From positions 101,473 through 165,472 of the forward strand of contig CASFUZ010000001.1 of NCBI GenBank assembly GCA_949298065.1: DNA of 64,000 nucleotides, written 5' to 3'. The notes below the pieces were generated by a model. It was not told the origin of the DNA and made no database searches. It saw only the letters and a list, made by a program, of their open reading frames with translations. Source of the stretch: an uncultured Pseudomonadota bacterium. GTDB lineage: Bacteria > Pseudomonadota > Alphaproteobacteria > RF32 > CAG-239. Below are positions 9,670 through 20,168 of this stretch, one piece after another; the first letter of the stretch is position 1, and each line of letters starts with the position of its first letter. Position numbers and translations under genes: made by a program.

Positions 9670-12115
9670 CTGTTGCAGGAGTTTGAGCCAAATCTTGTTT
9701 CATCTTTTCTTTCAAAGATTCCACCTTTTGTTCCATCTGTTCCGCCACTTCACTTGCCATCAACGGCGCTTTGCTCACAATTTTTTCCGGCTCTTTTTTC
9801 TCTACCACCTGTTGGCCTTGAGGATCTTGCTCTTCTTTTACATTTTCAGATATATCCGGTTGAGGTTCTTGCGCCTCAACCTCAACAACTTCGGTTGAAA
9901 CCTCAGCCTCATCTTCTGCTGTAGTTTGTTCTTGCTCAACCTCTTCTGCCACAATCTCTTTATTTTCAACATCTTCCGTTTTTTGTTCTATCTCTGGGGA
10001 TTGTTCTTCGGGTTTCTCGGGCTCTTCTAACATCTCCTCTTTTGGCTTAGCCGCCACTTCTGCTTCAAACATTTGAGCTTGTTTTTCAACCTTCTTTTCT
10101 AAGGGCAACAATTCATCCGGCACTCCGTCATTAAACATTTCGGCAGTTTCGGCTTCTTTTTCCTGTTTTAGCGCTTGCTCAGAAGCTTTTTGAACCGGTA
10201 GCGGTATGATTTCCTTAACATTTTTTTTATTTGCTGCCGCCCAAAGTTTATACCAATCATCAAAATATTTTATGGCAGTTTGCGTCATCTGACTTGTAAT
10301 TTGATAACGACCCAACATTCCTTTTAACTCTTTTTTAGCACCGGAATGAACATTTAAATCCTTCATTTCCACACATTTACCACGGCGGAACAAATACTGA
10401 TTCAAAATATCCGGAGCTTCACAAATCTCTTCCCCCACGACAAAATTTTTCTTCAACGGATCTCTGATAGCCATTGTAACCAGTTTTTTATTCTTAAAAT
10501 CGGGAACAAATTGCCGTTCTTTCACATTTTGCAAATCATCAGCTCCGCTTAACCCTTGAATAACAATAACCGTTTCATCCAAGACACCTGATTTTTGCAA
10601 GAAAGCAACAAATTGCTCCAATTTACCATACAAGCAGGCACTCTGATCCAAATAAGCCGACCTTTTGTTGAACAGATTTTTATTAATAACCCAAGGCAAA
10701 CTCTCCATATGCAACCATTGTGAAGTTGGCTTAATCTTACAATACTCATTGTAAACAAACATATTTGCGGGCAAATCCCACAAAACAAAATAAGCCTGAT
10801 TACCTCTGTCTTTTACAATATCTTTGCTAAGTTTTTCCAACATTTGTGGCGTATCAACCACATACAAATTATCAGACTTAACTCCAACCATCAGCATATT
10901 ATCAGATTTAGCAAAGGCCTTAAAAGTATCATAAAATATCTTCATATTCTTAAAAAGCCCCATGCTATCCAACCATTGAACAACCAACAACTGTGTTTTT
11001 TCAATCACAGATAAACGCATATTAGCAAAACTTATGGGAGAATTGACCTTTTCAACACATCTGTCTACGTTACGCATACCATTTTTGCTACATAAATCAA
11101 TACCCCTTGTTTTATAAGCCGAAATCTTATACTTAGCGCGTTTAAACACTCCATAGAGCTGATTCTCATTCAGATAAATATATTCATCATTAAGATTCTT
11201 AAAGCTCCAATAACCATCCATTGGCACGGCTGAAGCAACAAAAGTTTCTTCCTTATCATTGGAGAGATTATTCAAATTACGCACCGCGTTCATAAAAGCA
11301 TCATCATTTTGAACAAAAGCATTAGGATAAAGTTTGAAGCCGTTTTTAGCAAAGAAGCCGAGCATAATATTTTGAACTTTTTCCACCTTATTCACATCGG
11401 AATTAGCTTCTTTCATATCTTCTAAATAGCTCAGCGATGCAGCATTAGGAAGCATAATATAAACAAACTTTTTTCCACGTTCATCTTTGGAGAATGCGTT
11501 ATCATAAACTGTTTTATATATTTGGTGATTATTGCGATTAAAATACTCATCAGCCAAAATTCCCAAGAAGACAACAGCCAAAGCTCCCATAAAATAAGCA
11601 ATATTCTTTTTTTCCGCCATCACCAGAAAAACATATGTAATGATTGCCGCTGCCACAGATGTCACAATATGGGAATTTCCCATAAAATTAAGAGCCAAAT
11701 CATTTCCTAAATAAGGTGCAAGCAAATATACCAAAAAAGAAGACTGATCAAATAAAGCAAATTGCTTTAACAACACAAAAACAAAAAAACCAACAATAGT
11801 GGATGTAACCACATTTTGTAAGAAGGAAGAAAATGATATTAAGAACATCACCCCTAGCACCAGAACAAACACAGCTCCCATGACAAACAATGTTTCAGGC
11901 ACCATCGTAAAACCGGAAGAAAAAATGGAAAAATTACCGGCACTAATAAAAAGTAAAAAATCAATATTGATTAACAAAGCAATAATTATACCTTTAACCA
12001 ACCAATCAAACAAATAGACACTAAAATCGCGTTTAGTGCTCACACGCTGAAACTTTTGTTTTTTACTACTACGAACAGATACAGGAGCTGGTTCATCAAC
12101 AATAATGTCTTCCAT
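9653..12115 (-). CDS. Large membrane protein: N-terminal TM helices, soluble domain, Glu-rich low-complexity tail
   Basis: ~820-aa ORF; about five hydrophobic helices, then soluble domain and E/Q/K-rich C-terminus; start set to ATG 12115. Confidence 0.75.
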   Translation of the reverse strand: MEDIIVDEPAPVSVRSSKKQKFQRVSTKRDFSVYLFDWLVKGIIIALLINIDFLLFISAGNFSIFSSGFTMVPETLFVMGAVFVLVLGVMFLISFSSFLQNVVTSTIVGFFVFVLLKQFALFDQSSFLVYLLAPYLGNDLALNFMGNSHIVTSVAAAIITYVFLVMAEKKNIAYFMGALAVVFLGILADEYFNRNNHQIYKTVYDNAFSKDERGKKFVYIMLPNAASLSYLEDMKEANSDVNKVEKVQNIMLGFFAKNGFKLYPNAFVQNDDAFMNAVRNLNNLSNDKEETFVASAVPMDGYWSFKNLNDEYIYLNENQLYGVFKRAKYKISAYKTRGIDLCSKNGMRNVDRCVEKVNSPISFANMRLSVIEKTQLLVVQWLDSMGLFKNMKIFYDTFKAFAKSDNMLMVGVKSDNLYVVDTPQMLEKLSKDIVKDRGNQAYFVLWDLPANMFVYNEYCKIKPTSQWLHMESLPWVINKNLFNKRSAYLDQSACLYGKLEQFVAFLQKSGVLDETVIVIQGLSGADDLQNVKERQFVPDFKNKKLVTMAIRDPLKKNFVVGEEICEAPDILNQYLFRRGKCVEMKDLNVHSGAKKELKGMLGRYQITSQMTQTAIKYFDDWYKLWAAANKKNVKEIIPLPVQKASEQALKQEKEAETAEMFNDGVPDELLPLEKKVEKQAQMFEAEVAAKPKEEMLEEPEKPEEQSPEIEQKTEDVENKEIVAEEVEQEQTTAEDEAEVSTEVVEVEAQEPQPDISENVKEEQDPQGQQVVEKKEPEKIVSKAPLMASEVAEQMEQKVESLKEKMKQDLAQTPATDEQKE

Positions 12116-12188
12116 TTTTGCAACCCTCAATATTCATATTTTTGATTTACACCCAATCTAAGCACATTTTTTTAGACATTTAAAGCAC

Positions 12189-12225
12189 AAAAACCCCAGA
12201 CCTGCATAAGTCTGGGGCTTTTTTT
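12189..12225. terminator. Intrinsic terminator after rpsD
   Basis: CCCCAGAC-CTGCATAA-GTCTGGGG flanked by A and T runs. Confidence 0.8.
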
Positions 12226-12239
12226 GAACTCTAAAAAGA

Positions 12240-12854
12240 TTATCTTGAGTAGTATTCGATAACCAGGTTCGGTTCCATAACGGCGCCATAAGGAACGTCA
12301 TCAAACTTCGGAACGAAAGTATATTTAGCAGTCAGCTTTTTGCTGTCAACTTCAACATATCCCGGAACATCACGAACCGTAGACTCAACGGCAGCAATAA
12401 CAATCGGGAGCTGTTTAGATTTTTCGCGAACTTCAATAACATCGCCGGCTTTAACCATATAAGAAGGAATATTAACCTTCTTGCCGTTAACCAAGATATG
12501 ACCATGGTTAACAAACTGACGAGCAGCAAAAATGGTTGAAGCGAACTTAGCTTTATAAACCAAGTTATCCAAACGAGATTCCAAAATACCGATTAAGTTT
12601 TCGGCAGCATCACCTGTTCTTCTGATAGCTTCAACATAATATTTGTGGAATTGCTTTTCAGAAACGTTACCATAATAGGTTTTGAGCTTCTGTTTTGCGT
12701 GCAATTGCTCACCATAGTCAGTTTGTTTTTTTCTTCTCTGACCATGTTGACCCGGAGCATATTCTCTCTTATTCAACGGACTTTTCGGATCGCCCCAGAT
12801 ATTGCTCAAATAACGGCGAGCCGGTTTTTTCTTTGCAGAAACAATACTTTTCAT
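12240..12854 (-). CDS. rpsD: 30S ribosomal protein S4
   Basis: [21 protein letters not shown] and [14 protein letters not shown] motifs. Confidence 0.98.
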   Translation of the reverse strand: MKSIVSAKKKPARRYLSNIWGDPKSPLNKREYAPGQHGQRRKKQTDYGEQLHAKQKLKTYYGNVSEKQFHKYYVEAIRRTGDAAENLIGILESRLDNLVYKAKFASTIFAARQFVNHGHILVNGKKVNIPSYMVKAGDVIEVREKSKQLPIVIAAVESTVRDVPGYVEVDSKKLTAKYTFVPKFDDVPYGAVMEPNLVIEYYSR

Positions 12855-13060
12855 TAAAATTTTCCTTTTATTTATTAGCTAACATTATTGTCCCGGTAGT
12901 TTTGGTTCTTAAATGCCAAACGGGGAATTTCACCCTCATTCCCGGAAGTATGCGCAATCTAACGCAGTTTTTACATAATTTCAAGCAAAATCTTATAAAT
13001 AAATATAGATTTTTTTCAATTAAGTAATAAAATAAGCAAAAATTCAGCAGGAACCATAAA

Positions 13061-14800
13061 ATGTCTTATGATTTAATGTTTCAACAAGCTTTGGCTTTGC
13101 ACGAACAAGGACGCTTTGATGAGGCGGAAAACCTTTACCGCCAAATATTGCAAACCGCCCCCAATAATCCTGATGTACTCAATCTTTTGGGGCTCGTTGC
13201 TCAAGCAAAAGGCGTGCATAATGAGGCTGTTGAACTCTTTTACCAAGCCATACGCCAAGCCCCTGCCCATGCCCCGTTTTATTTCAACTTAGCTCTGTCG
13301 TTAGATATGTGGGGCAAACCTTATGAGGCAATAGATACATATCAAAAAGCCCTCAGCCTAAAACCGGACATCAAAGAAGCTTGGAACAATATCGGAAATA
13401 TCTATAAAAGCCTAAAAGATAATCCAAACGCAACCTCCGCTTACCAAAAAGCCATTGCCTTGGACAAAGACTATGCTGAACCGCAAGCCAACTTAGCATA
13501 CCTAAATCATGACATTCAGGCACTCACGGAGCTATGCCGAAAATATCCCGAAAACGCACAGAGTTTTTATTTCTTAGCCAACGAGTTTTATAACAAAAAA
13601 GACTATAAGCAAGCCAAAGAAAACATCATCAAAGCGGAACAAAATGCGCAAATGGACGCAGATGTCAAAAACCTATACGGACTAATTTTGTTAGCAAAAA
13701 AACACCCCAAAGAAGCAAAAGTATATTTTCAAAAAGCTTTGCTGCTCAATCCGCAAAATATTTCCGCACTTATTAATCTTGCCAACCAAGAAACCGCGGA
13801 TTTAGAGTTTAAAGAAGCCGAAAAGCACTACAAACGCGCTCTGGAGTTTTCTCCTCAAGACTTGGATGCGCACATAAATTATGCTGATTTTTTATATCAT
13901 CAGCATCGCCTGCCCGAAGCCTTGGAAGAATATCGCTCTGCCGTCATCATCAACCCTGCTCAGCCAGAGATTAGCAATAATCTGGGTATAATCTTAAAGG
14001 ATTTAGGCGAATATGAAGAGGCATTGGGATTATTTTTCAATGCTTTCAACCTTGCTCCACAAATAGAAGAAATTTCAGTCAATATTGCTGAAACTCTAAC
14101 CCTCTTATATGCAAAAGATATTGAAACAGCAAAAAAAATTGCTCAAAATTGGTATAAACTGGCTCCGGATAACACTTTTGCCATTCACACCAAAGCAGCC
14201 CTAACAGGAGAAAAAGACATTGAGAATACTCAAATTTATGCTGAAAAGCTTTTTGACAATTTCGCTGATAATTACGAGCTGGTTCTCCAAAAGCTTGATT
14301 ACGGCGTTGTCCGAAGCCTTAGAGACTTTACGGGGAATGTTCAAGGTCGTCTTGTGGATTTGGGATGCGGCACGGGGCTTGCTGGCATGGTTTATAAAAC
14401 CCCTTCTACCGAGCTTATCGGCGTTGATATCTCCGAAAAAATGCTCCAAAGAGCCAAAGAAAAAGGAATCTACCAAGAACTGATAAAATCCGATATTTTG
14501 TCTTATCTGCAAAACAAACCGCAGGCAGATTTGTTTATTGCCGCTGATGTTTTTAATTATATCGGCGAGCTTTTGCCAATTTTTAAGGCTGTTTTTCCGC
14601 AAAAGCTGGCCTTTTCCACCGAAAATCTGCAATCAGAGAAAGATTATGCTCTACAACCCAACGGCCGCTTTGCCCACACCCCCCAATACATTAAAGAATG
14701 TTTAGAAAAAGCAGGATATAAAGACATCAAAAGCCAGGAGACCACACTCCGCACCGAAAACGGACAAACCGTACAAGGCACCCTCTGGAAGACATGGTAA
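13061..14800 (+). CDS. TPR-repeat protein with C-terminal class I SAM-dependent methyltransferase
   Basis: Many TPR units, then LFDNFA, VDLGCGTGL, GVDIS, AADVF and GRFAH motifs. Confidence 0.88.
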   Translation: MSYDLMFQQALALHEQGRFDEAENLYRQILQTAPNNPDVLNLLGLVAQAKGVHNEAVELFYQAIRQAPAHAPFYFNLALSLDMWGKPYEAIDTYQKALSLKPDIKEAWNNIGNIYKSLKDNPNATSAYQKAIALDKDYAEPQANLAYLNHDIQALTELCRKYPENAQSFYFLANEFYNKKDYKQAKENIIKAEQNAQMDADVKNLYGLILLAKKHPKEAKVYFQKALLLNPQNISALINLANQETADLEFKEAEKHYKRALEFSPQDLDAHINYADFLYHQHRLPEALEEYRSAVIINPAQPEISNNLGIILKDLGEYEEALGLFFNAFNLAPQIEEISVNIAETLTLLYAKDIETAKKIAQNWYKLAPDNTFAIHTKAALTGEKDIENTQIYAEKLFDNFADNYELVLQKLDYGVVRSLRDFTGNVQGRLVDLGCGTGLAGMVYKTPSTELIGVDISEKMLQRAKEKGIYQELIKSDILSYLQNKPQADLFIAADVFNYIGELLPIFKAVFPQKLAFSTENLQSEKDYALQPNGRFAHTPQYIKECLEKAGYKDIKSQETTLRTENGQTVQGTLWKTW

Positions 14801-14879
14801 TAAATATTTCTTAAATTTAACCTTCATTTAATTAACTTGTCTTATATTAACTGCATCAGATAAAATTGGAGAAAAGACC

Positions 14880-15203
14880 ATGGACAAACTCAAACAATAT
14901 TTTCCTTTAATAAAAAGAACATTTATCTTTCTGTTAGGCAGTTGGATTTTTGCATATGGTACAGCTTCTGTTGTAACCATTTTTTGGCTGGAATCATTAC
15001 AAAACATAAGTATTGAAAGCATCCGCAGCTATTTTCAGGATCCATTCCCAAACATTTTTGTTTCGGCGCTTAAGATGTATGTCATTGTCTACATTTTGTT
15101 TTACACCCTACCCGACAAAATCCAAAATGCCAAAATCTGGCTTCGTGGCATCTATTTTCTGCTGTTTTATATCTTCTGCTGCTTAACATATTTTTGGATT
15201 TAA
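14880..15203 (+). CDS. Small membrane protein
   Basis: 107 aa, three hydrophobic segments, GGAG RBS. Confidence 0.65.
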   Translation: MDKLKQYFPLIKRTFIFLLGSWIFAYGTASVVTIFWLESLQNISIESIRSYFQDPFPNIFVSALKMYVIVYILFYTLPDKIQNAKIWLRGIYFLLFYIFCCLTYFWI

Positions 15204-15358
15204 GCAAACAAGAATCAACAAAGCCCCACAATGTCGCAAGATATTACGGGGTATTTTTTTTGGCGTTTTTGTCTATTTTTTGTATTTACAACCTCAAATA
15301 AATATGATATTATCCCTTTCAAACAACGATATTATTAACCACATAAAAACTTAAGAAT

Positions 15359-15772
15359 ATGAATTTAAATGAAAAAAGAGAAAAAATCTCTGAAATCAAA
15401 CAAGATTTTGAAAGAAACATGTCACAAAACAGCAGAGTAGAAAACATCGGCACAATGTTTTTTCTCTACTACACAGGCCCTTGCGTTTTAAGAGACGCTG
15501 TTTACTGCAGCTCAAAACGCCACGGCATTGATTTTGAAGCATTGAGTATGACCAGCTCGTACTTTATCGGCTCCAAAGCCCATACCGAAGCTCTGCAAGA
15601 GGCATTGGGAGGAAAATGTTACCCAACTGAGTACTGCTATCTTGCAAACGGAGCTCGGGAGCTCTACGCTTGGGAAGGCCCAAAACGCCAGCAACAATGT
15701 GAAGAAATTCATCGGCAAGGTTATACCTCCGAGCCACTGGATTTAGAAGAAATTAAGATGATTTTGTTCTAA
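15359..15772 (+). CDS. Hypothetical protein
   Basis: 137-aa ORF followed by a terminator. Confidence 0.65.
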   Translation: MNLNEKREKISEIKQDFERNMSQNSRVENIGTMFFLYYTGPCVLRDAVYCSSKRHGIDFEALSMTSSYFIGSKAHTEALQEALGGKCYPTEYCYLANGARELYAWEGPKRQQQCEEIHRQGYTSEPLDLEEIKMILF

Positions 15773-15789
15773 AGATCATCTTACCACAC

Positions 15790-15828
15790 AAAAAAGACCG
15801 CTTTTTTATTAAAAAGCGGTCTTTTTTT
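15790..15828. terminator. Bidirectional intrinsic terminator
   Basis: AAAAAGACCGCTTTTT...AAAAAGCGGTCTTTTT between convergent ORFs. Confidence 0.85.
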
Positions 15829-15841
15829 ATCCTTTTTAGTC

Positions 15842-16141
15842 CTAATTGGCCATATTTTTCAGATTATTAATAATCGTTTGCGCCGTAGATTGCGATTCCT
15901 CGCTAATCCCCGCTGCCTGCAAAGCCAATTTTTTAAGACAAGTATTAACAATCTCATCAGCCGTAGCTCTTACGGTGTTTGTAAACAACGTTCCGGCCTG
16001 AAACTTGCTGTTTGCCTCACTCACCATACAAGCACGCATCTTTGTTTTGGCGGAAGCATTGCTGTCAACTGTCGTAAATTTTGACAAATCGGAACATCCG
16101 GCCAAAACAGCCAACATTCCCAATAATACAATTTTTTTCAT
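15842..16141 (-). CDS. Putative lipoprotein
   Basis: MKKIVLLGMLAVLAGC lipobox. Confidence 0.8.
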   Translation of the reverse strand: MKKIVLLGMLAVLAGCSDLSKFTTVDSNASAKTKMRACMVSEANSKFQAGTLFTNTVRATADEIVNTCLKKLALQAAGISEESQSTAQTIINNLKNMAN

Positions 16142-16232
16142 CCTTGCCTCACGATTTTTGTTTCATTCGCTTAAATGTATAACTCTGCAAATTAAAAAAG
16201 AATAAATATCAAAAAAACTTTTTACCCAATAC

Positions 16233-16262
16233 AAAAGCCACCTTTTTTCAAAGGTGGCTTTT
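16233..16262 (-). terminator. Terminator of tRNA-Ser(GCT)
   Basis: AAAAGCCACCTT...AAGGTGGCTTTT directly 3' of the tRNA. Confidence 0.85.
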
Positions 16263-16264
16263 AG

Positions 16265-16353
16265 TGGCGGAGAGTACAGGACTCGAACCTGTGCATCCCT
16301 TTAACAGGATGACGGATTAGCAATCCGCTGCATTACCACTCTGCCAACTCTCC
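16265..16353 (-). tRNA. tRNA-Ser(GCT)
   Basis: Reverse complement GGAGAGTTGGCAGAGTGG...GCGGATT-GCT-AATCCGT...long variable arm...GGTTCGAGTCC...CTCTCCGCCA. Confidence 0.97.
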
Positions 16354-16429
16354 AATTTTGGTAACGGAGTTATATTTATATTATGTTTACCTCAACGTCA
16401 ATAGCAAAAATAATAATTCTCAACATTTT

Positions 16430-17311
16430 TTAATCAGCAGCCAAAATCAAAACCACAACGGAACAAAGCAGCAAAGCGGCCGCCTTAACATTCATCCGAT
16501 TATAGACCATATCCGGCACCATTTTTGCCCTTATCCAATTATAGCCAGCAATCCACAAAATATAGATATAAAGCAAAGCCGCCACATAAGATGGATTAAA
16601 AGCATAATACATCGCAAAATTTTTGCTGACATTACAACCTATTAAAAGCAAAAACACAGGCAAACATTTAAGATTTTGCTTTGCAACCACTTGTTTAAGC
16701 GTTCCATTTTGGCGCAAATAAACAATCAAATTAATAACCCCTGCCACCAAAGCAATCAGCAAAACATAGAAATAACTTGCCGAAACAACATCTCCCTGCC
16801 CGTAGCTCATAGCTTTTTTGTTGACGATATCACATATTGCCCCGACCACAAGAGCCGAAATCACAAATTTCAGCGCCTGCATACTAACCTTGCTCTTATT
16901 AAACAACCTGACGGAAACAACAATTCCCGCCAAGGCCAAAACAATAAACAAGGCCTCCATCGGCTGTTGCAAATAAACAAAAATTGTAGACGGCGCAATA
17001 ATGAGCCATAAAACAAAAGTTATTCCGATAGAAAAAGGTTGCAAGGAAGTCGCGACTTCTGCGCCAAAGCGCCGCAATGTTGCAAAGAAGCGCCCGTCAG
17101 CATAAGCCACCAAAGCCCCCTGCACCACGCACAAAGCATAAAACTCCCAGTTTTTAATCGGTTCAAAGAAAAAAGCAAACGGCAGAAGCATAAAGAAAAC
17201 AGCCCACCCGCGATAAACCATAAACAAAGCCACGCTCATCGCCATTTTCTGGTTAAGAAGAAAATAAGCCGCATTAAAAAAGCTGGTTAAGAGTGTAAAC
17301 AGAACCCACAT
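16430..17311 (-). CDS. DMT/EamA-like 10-TM transporter
   Basis: 293 aa, about ten TM helices in two repeats. Confidence 0.7.
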   Translation of the reverse strand: MWVLFTLLTSFFNAAYFLLNQKMAMSVALFMVYRGWAVFFMLLPFAFFFEPIKNWEFYALCVVQGALVAYADGRFFATLRRFGAEVATSLQPFSIGITFVLWLIIAPSTIFVYLQQPMEALFIVLALAGIVVSVRLFNKSKVSMQALKFVISALVVGAICDIVNKKAMSYGQGDVVSASYFYVLLIALVAGVINLIVYLRQNGTLKQVVAKQNLKCLPVFLLLIGCNVSKNFAMYYAFNPSYVAALLYIYILWIAGYNWIRAKMVPDMVYNRMNVKAAALLLCSVVVLILAAD

Positions 17312-17312
17312 C

Positions 17313-18086
17313 TTATTCCATAACCATACTGATATATGTCATAAAGATAAAACCGGCAAACACCGCGAATGCAGATTTTTCGGTTTGTTTAATACCATAG
17401 GTTTCGGGCAAAATCTCGTTAATAACCACAAACAAGAGTGTTCCGCCGGCCATTGCCATTCCCAAAGGCACAATTTTATCACTCAAACCCATTGTCAACA
17501 ATCCGAGCAGAGCTCCCAAAGGCTGAACCATACCGATAAGCAACGCTGTTGTCGCCGCTTTGAGTTTAGAACATTTTGCCGCCACCAAAGAAATGGCTAT
17601 TGTCAAACCTTCAGGAATATTATGCACGGCAATACCGATAACCAAACTATCCGGATTCATAAAGTCTTCGGCGCTGTAAGCGACACCAACAGCCAAACCT
17701 TCGGGAAGTTTGTGAAGTGTGATGGCAATAATAAAGAGCCAAGCCTTTTTGAGTGTAAAATGCAAACCATGCAAACCCATATTATTATGTTCATGCGGCA
17801 AAAGGTCATTCAACAGCCAAACCAAAGCCACACCGACAAAAACCGCGCCGCAGAACCAAAATCCGGCAATATGAATATCTGGATGAAAAGTCGTAATCTT
17901 ATGCATGGAAGGCACCAAGAGCCCAAAGAATGAAGCTGCCAACATAACCCCTGCTGCAATATTAAGCATACAGTTAATATTGTCTTGGGTGTATTTTTTC
18001 TTCAAAAATATCATAAAGCCGCCCACGCCCGTAACCAAACCGGCGACTAAAGATGCCAACAATCCTTGCATCAAAACACTGCTCAT
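17313..18086 (-). CDS. ZIP-family (GufA-like) metal transporter
   Basis: AAGVMLAAS, PHEH, ITLHKLPEGLAVG and HNIPEG motifs. Confidence 0.92.
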   Translation of the reverse strand: MSSVLMQGLLASLVAGLVTGVGGFMIFLKKKYTQDNINCMLNIAAGVMLAASFFGLLVPSMHKITTFHPDIHIAGFWFCGAVFVGVALVWLLNDLLPHEHNNMGLHGLHFTLKKAWLFIIAITLHKLPEGLAVGVAYSAEDFMNPDSLVIGIAVHNIPEGLTIAISLVAAKCSKLKAATTALLIGMVQPLGALLGLLTMGLSDKIVPLGMAMAGGTLLFVVINEILPETYGIKQTEKSAFAVFAGFIFMTYISMVME

Positions 18087-18092
18087 TTTTAC

Positions 18093-18665
18093 CTACCACT
18101 TATATTTTCTTATTTTTTCCATAATGCGTTGATAATAAACTATGGTGTACTCATTTGTTACATAGTCTTTGACCTCATCAAACGCAAGCCAACCGACAGC
18201 GGAGTTTTCATCTTCCTTGATACGGATAGGCTCATTTTCGTCTGCTTCCAACAAATAAACCGCATTCGGATGCAAATGCCTTGGCACAAAAGCACCGCGT
18301 TTGTAGTGATTATGCACCACCATCATATTCAAATCAATCGGCGTATCAAAAACAGGTTTAACATTTGTGAGCCCTGTTTCCTCTTGTGTTTCTTTGAGAG
18401 CCACATGGAGCAAATCTTTATCTCCATCCGCGTGTCCGCCGACCCAAGCCCAAGTTTTATACATATTATGATAAATCATCAACACTTTGCTGCGGTCTTT
18501 GTTCACAATCCACGCCGAAGAAGAAAAATGCCCGACCAAATTATCTCTATCGTAAGATTTATCGCCGAAAGCCTGCACAAATTGCACAATCTCTTTGCGC
18601 TCAGCTTCTTCCTCTTCATTAAAGGCTTGATAATTTTTCAAAAACTCTAAAAAATCCATATTCAT
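18093..18665 (-). CDS. NUDIX hydrolase
   Basis: Nudix box GGHADGDKDLLHVALKETQEETGL. Confidence 0.92.
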   Translation of the reverse strand: MNMDFLEFLKNYQAFNEEEEAERKEIVQFVQAFGDKSYDRDNLVGHFSSSAWIVNKDRSKVLMIYHNMYKTWAWVGGHADGDKDLLHVALKETQEETGLTNVKPVFDTPIDLNMMVVHNHYKRGAFVPRHLHPNAVYLLEADENEPIRIKEDENSAVGWLAFDEVKDYVTNEYTIVYYQRIMEKIRKYKW

Positions 18666-18708
18666 TCCAAAGAAAAATCTGGGGCGGTGGTTTGCCGCCC
18701 CAAGAAGA

Positions 18709-20166
18709 TTACTTCAGCTTTTCAGCAATCATTTTGTTAACGATTCCGGGGTTTGCCTTACCTTTTGAGGCTTTCATAACCTGACCGACAAACCATCCGG
18801 CCAATGCTGTTTTACCAGCCTTATATGCGGCAACATTATCCGGATTATCCGCAATCACTTGGTCAACAATAGCCTCAATTGCGCCGGTATCCGTAACTTG
18901 CTTGAGCCCTTTCTCTTCAACGATTTTTTCGGGTTCTTCACCTGTTTCGGCCATAATCTGGAAAACTTCCTTACCGATATTTCCCGAAATGACATTGCTG
19001 TTAATCAGGTTAACCAGTTTTCCGATATTCTCAGGCTTAATCGGACTCTGTTCAAGCTCCAGATGGCGCGCTTTCAGCATTGCGAAGAAATCACCCATAA
19101 TCCAGTTAGCTACCTTTTTGCCATCACTCCCCTGAGCTGCCTTTTCAAAGAAAGCGGCTACTTCCTTGTTTTCGCACAAGATATCGGCATCATAAGGAGT
19201 CAAGCCCATATCTTTGATAAAACGCTCTTTTTTTGCGTCAGGAAGCTCAACCATCTCTTTGCGAATATCCTCAATATATTCGTCCGTCAAGACCAAAGGC
19301 GGTAAATCCGGCTCGGGGAAATAACGATAGTCATGAGCAAACTCTTTCTTGCGCATAACTTTTGTTTGACCGGTCAATGGATCAAACTGACGGGTTTCCT
19401 GCTCAATTTTTCCGCCGTTTTCATAAACTTCCACATGGCGCTTGGCCTCGTTCTCAATGGCTGACATCACAAATTTGACCGAGTTCACGTTTTTCATCTC
19501 ACAACGTGTTCTGTAGCCTTCTTCGCCGACTTTGCGTACCGAAACGTTAACATCACAACGCATAGAACCTTCATCCATATTACCATCACAAGTTTCCAAA
19601 TAACGAACGATAGAACGAAGTTTTTTCAAGAACGCACCGGCTTCTTCGGGAGAACGAAAATCAGGTTTTGTAACAATTTCCATCAAGCCGACACCCGCAC
19701 GGTTCAAGTCAATAAAGGTCTTCTTCGGGTCAATATCATGAATGGACTTTCCGGCATCCTGCTCAATATGCATACGCTCAATACCGATTTCCTTGGTTGT
19801 TCCGTCTTCCAGATTAATAAGCACCTTTCCTTCACCCACAATCGGATATTGGAACTGCGTAATCTGATACCCCTGCGGCAAGTCCGCATAGAAATAGTTT
19901 TTGCGAGAAAATTGCGAATATTTGTTGATTTTGGCATTCAATCCCAAACCGGTCTTAACTGCCTGATGAACACATCTTTCGTTCAAAACCGGCAACATTC
20001 CGGGCATTCCCGCATCAACGAAGGACACATGCTCGTTTGCATCAGCCCCGAAAACCGTGGAAGCACCGCTGAACATTTTAGACTTGGAAATAATCTGGCA
20101 GTGGATTTCCAAACCGCAGATAACTTCCCATTTGTTTTCTTTTGTTTCAATAATATATCCAGCCAT
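18709..20166 (-). CDS. gatB: Asp/Glu-tRNA amidotransferase subunit B
   Basis: [29 protein letters not shown] and YRYFPEPDL motifs. Confidence 0.98.
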   Translation of the reverse strand: MAGYIIETKENKWEVICGLEIHCQIISKSKMFSGASTVFGADANEHVSFVDAGMPGMLPVLNERCVHQAVKTGLGLNAKINKYSQFSRKNYFYADLPQGYQITQFQYPIVGEGKVLINLEDGTTKEIGIERMHIEQDAGKSIHDIDPKKTFIDLNRAGVGLMEIVTKPDFRSPEEAGAFLKKLRSIVRYLETCDGNMDEGSMRCDVNVSVRKVGEEGYRTRCEMKNVNSVKFVMSAIENEAKRHVEVYENGGKIEQETRQFDPLTGQTKVMRKKEFAHDYRYFPEPDLPPLVLTDEYIEDIRKEMVELPDAKKERFIKDMGLTPYDADILCENKEVAAFFEKAAQGSDGKKVANWIMGDFFAMLKARHLELEQSPIKPENIGKLVNLINSNVISGNIGKEVFQIMAETGEEPEKIVEEKGLKQVTDTGAIEAIVDQVIADNPDNVAAYKAGKTALAGWFVGQVMKASKGKANPGIVNKMIAEKLK

Positions 20167-20168
20167 TT

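Noticed and set aside
12855-12960. rpsD leader autoregulatory RNA
   Set aside because: Some pairing is visible, but I cannot match it to a defined S4-binding motif from the sequence alone.
16265-16353. tRNA-Ser(GCT) as the partner of the att repeat
   Set aside because: It shares only TGGCGGAGAG with 42420, whereas tRNA-Ser(TGA) matches over 21 bp. Its own terminator is still in place.
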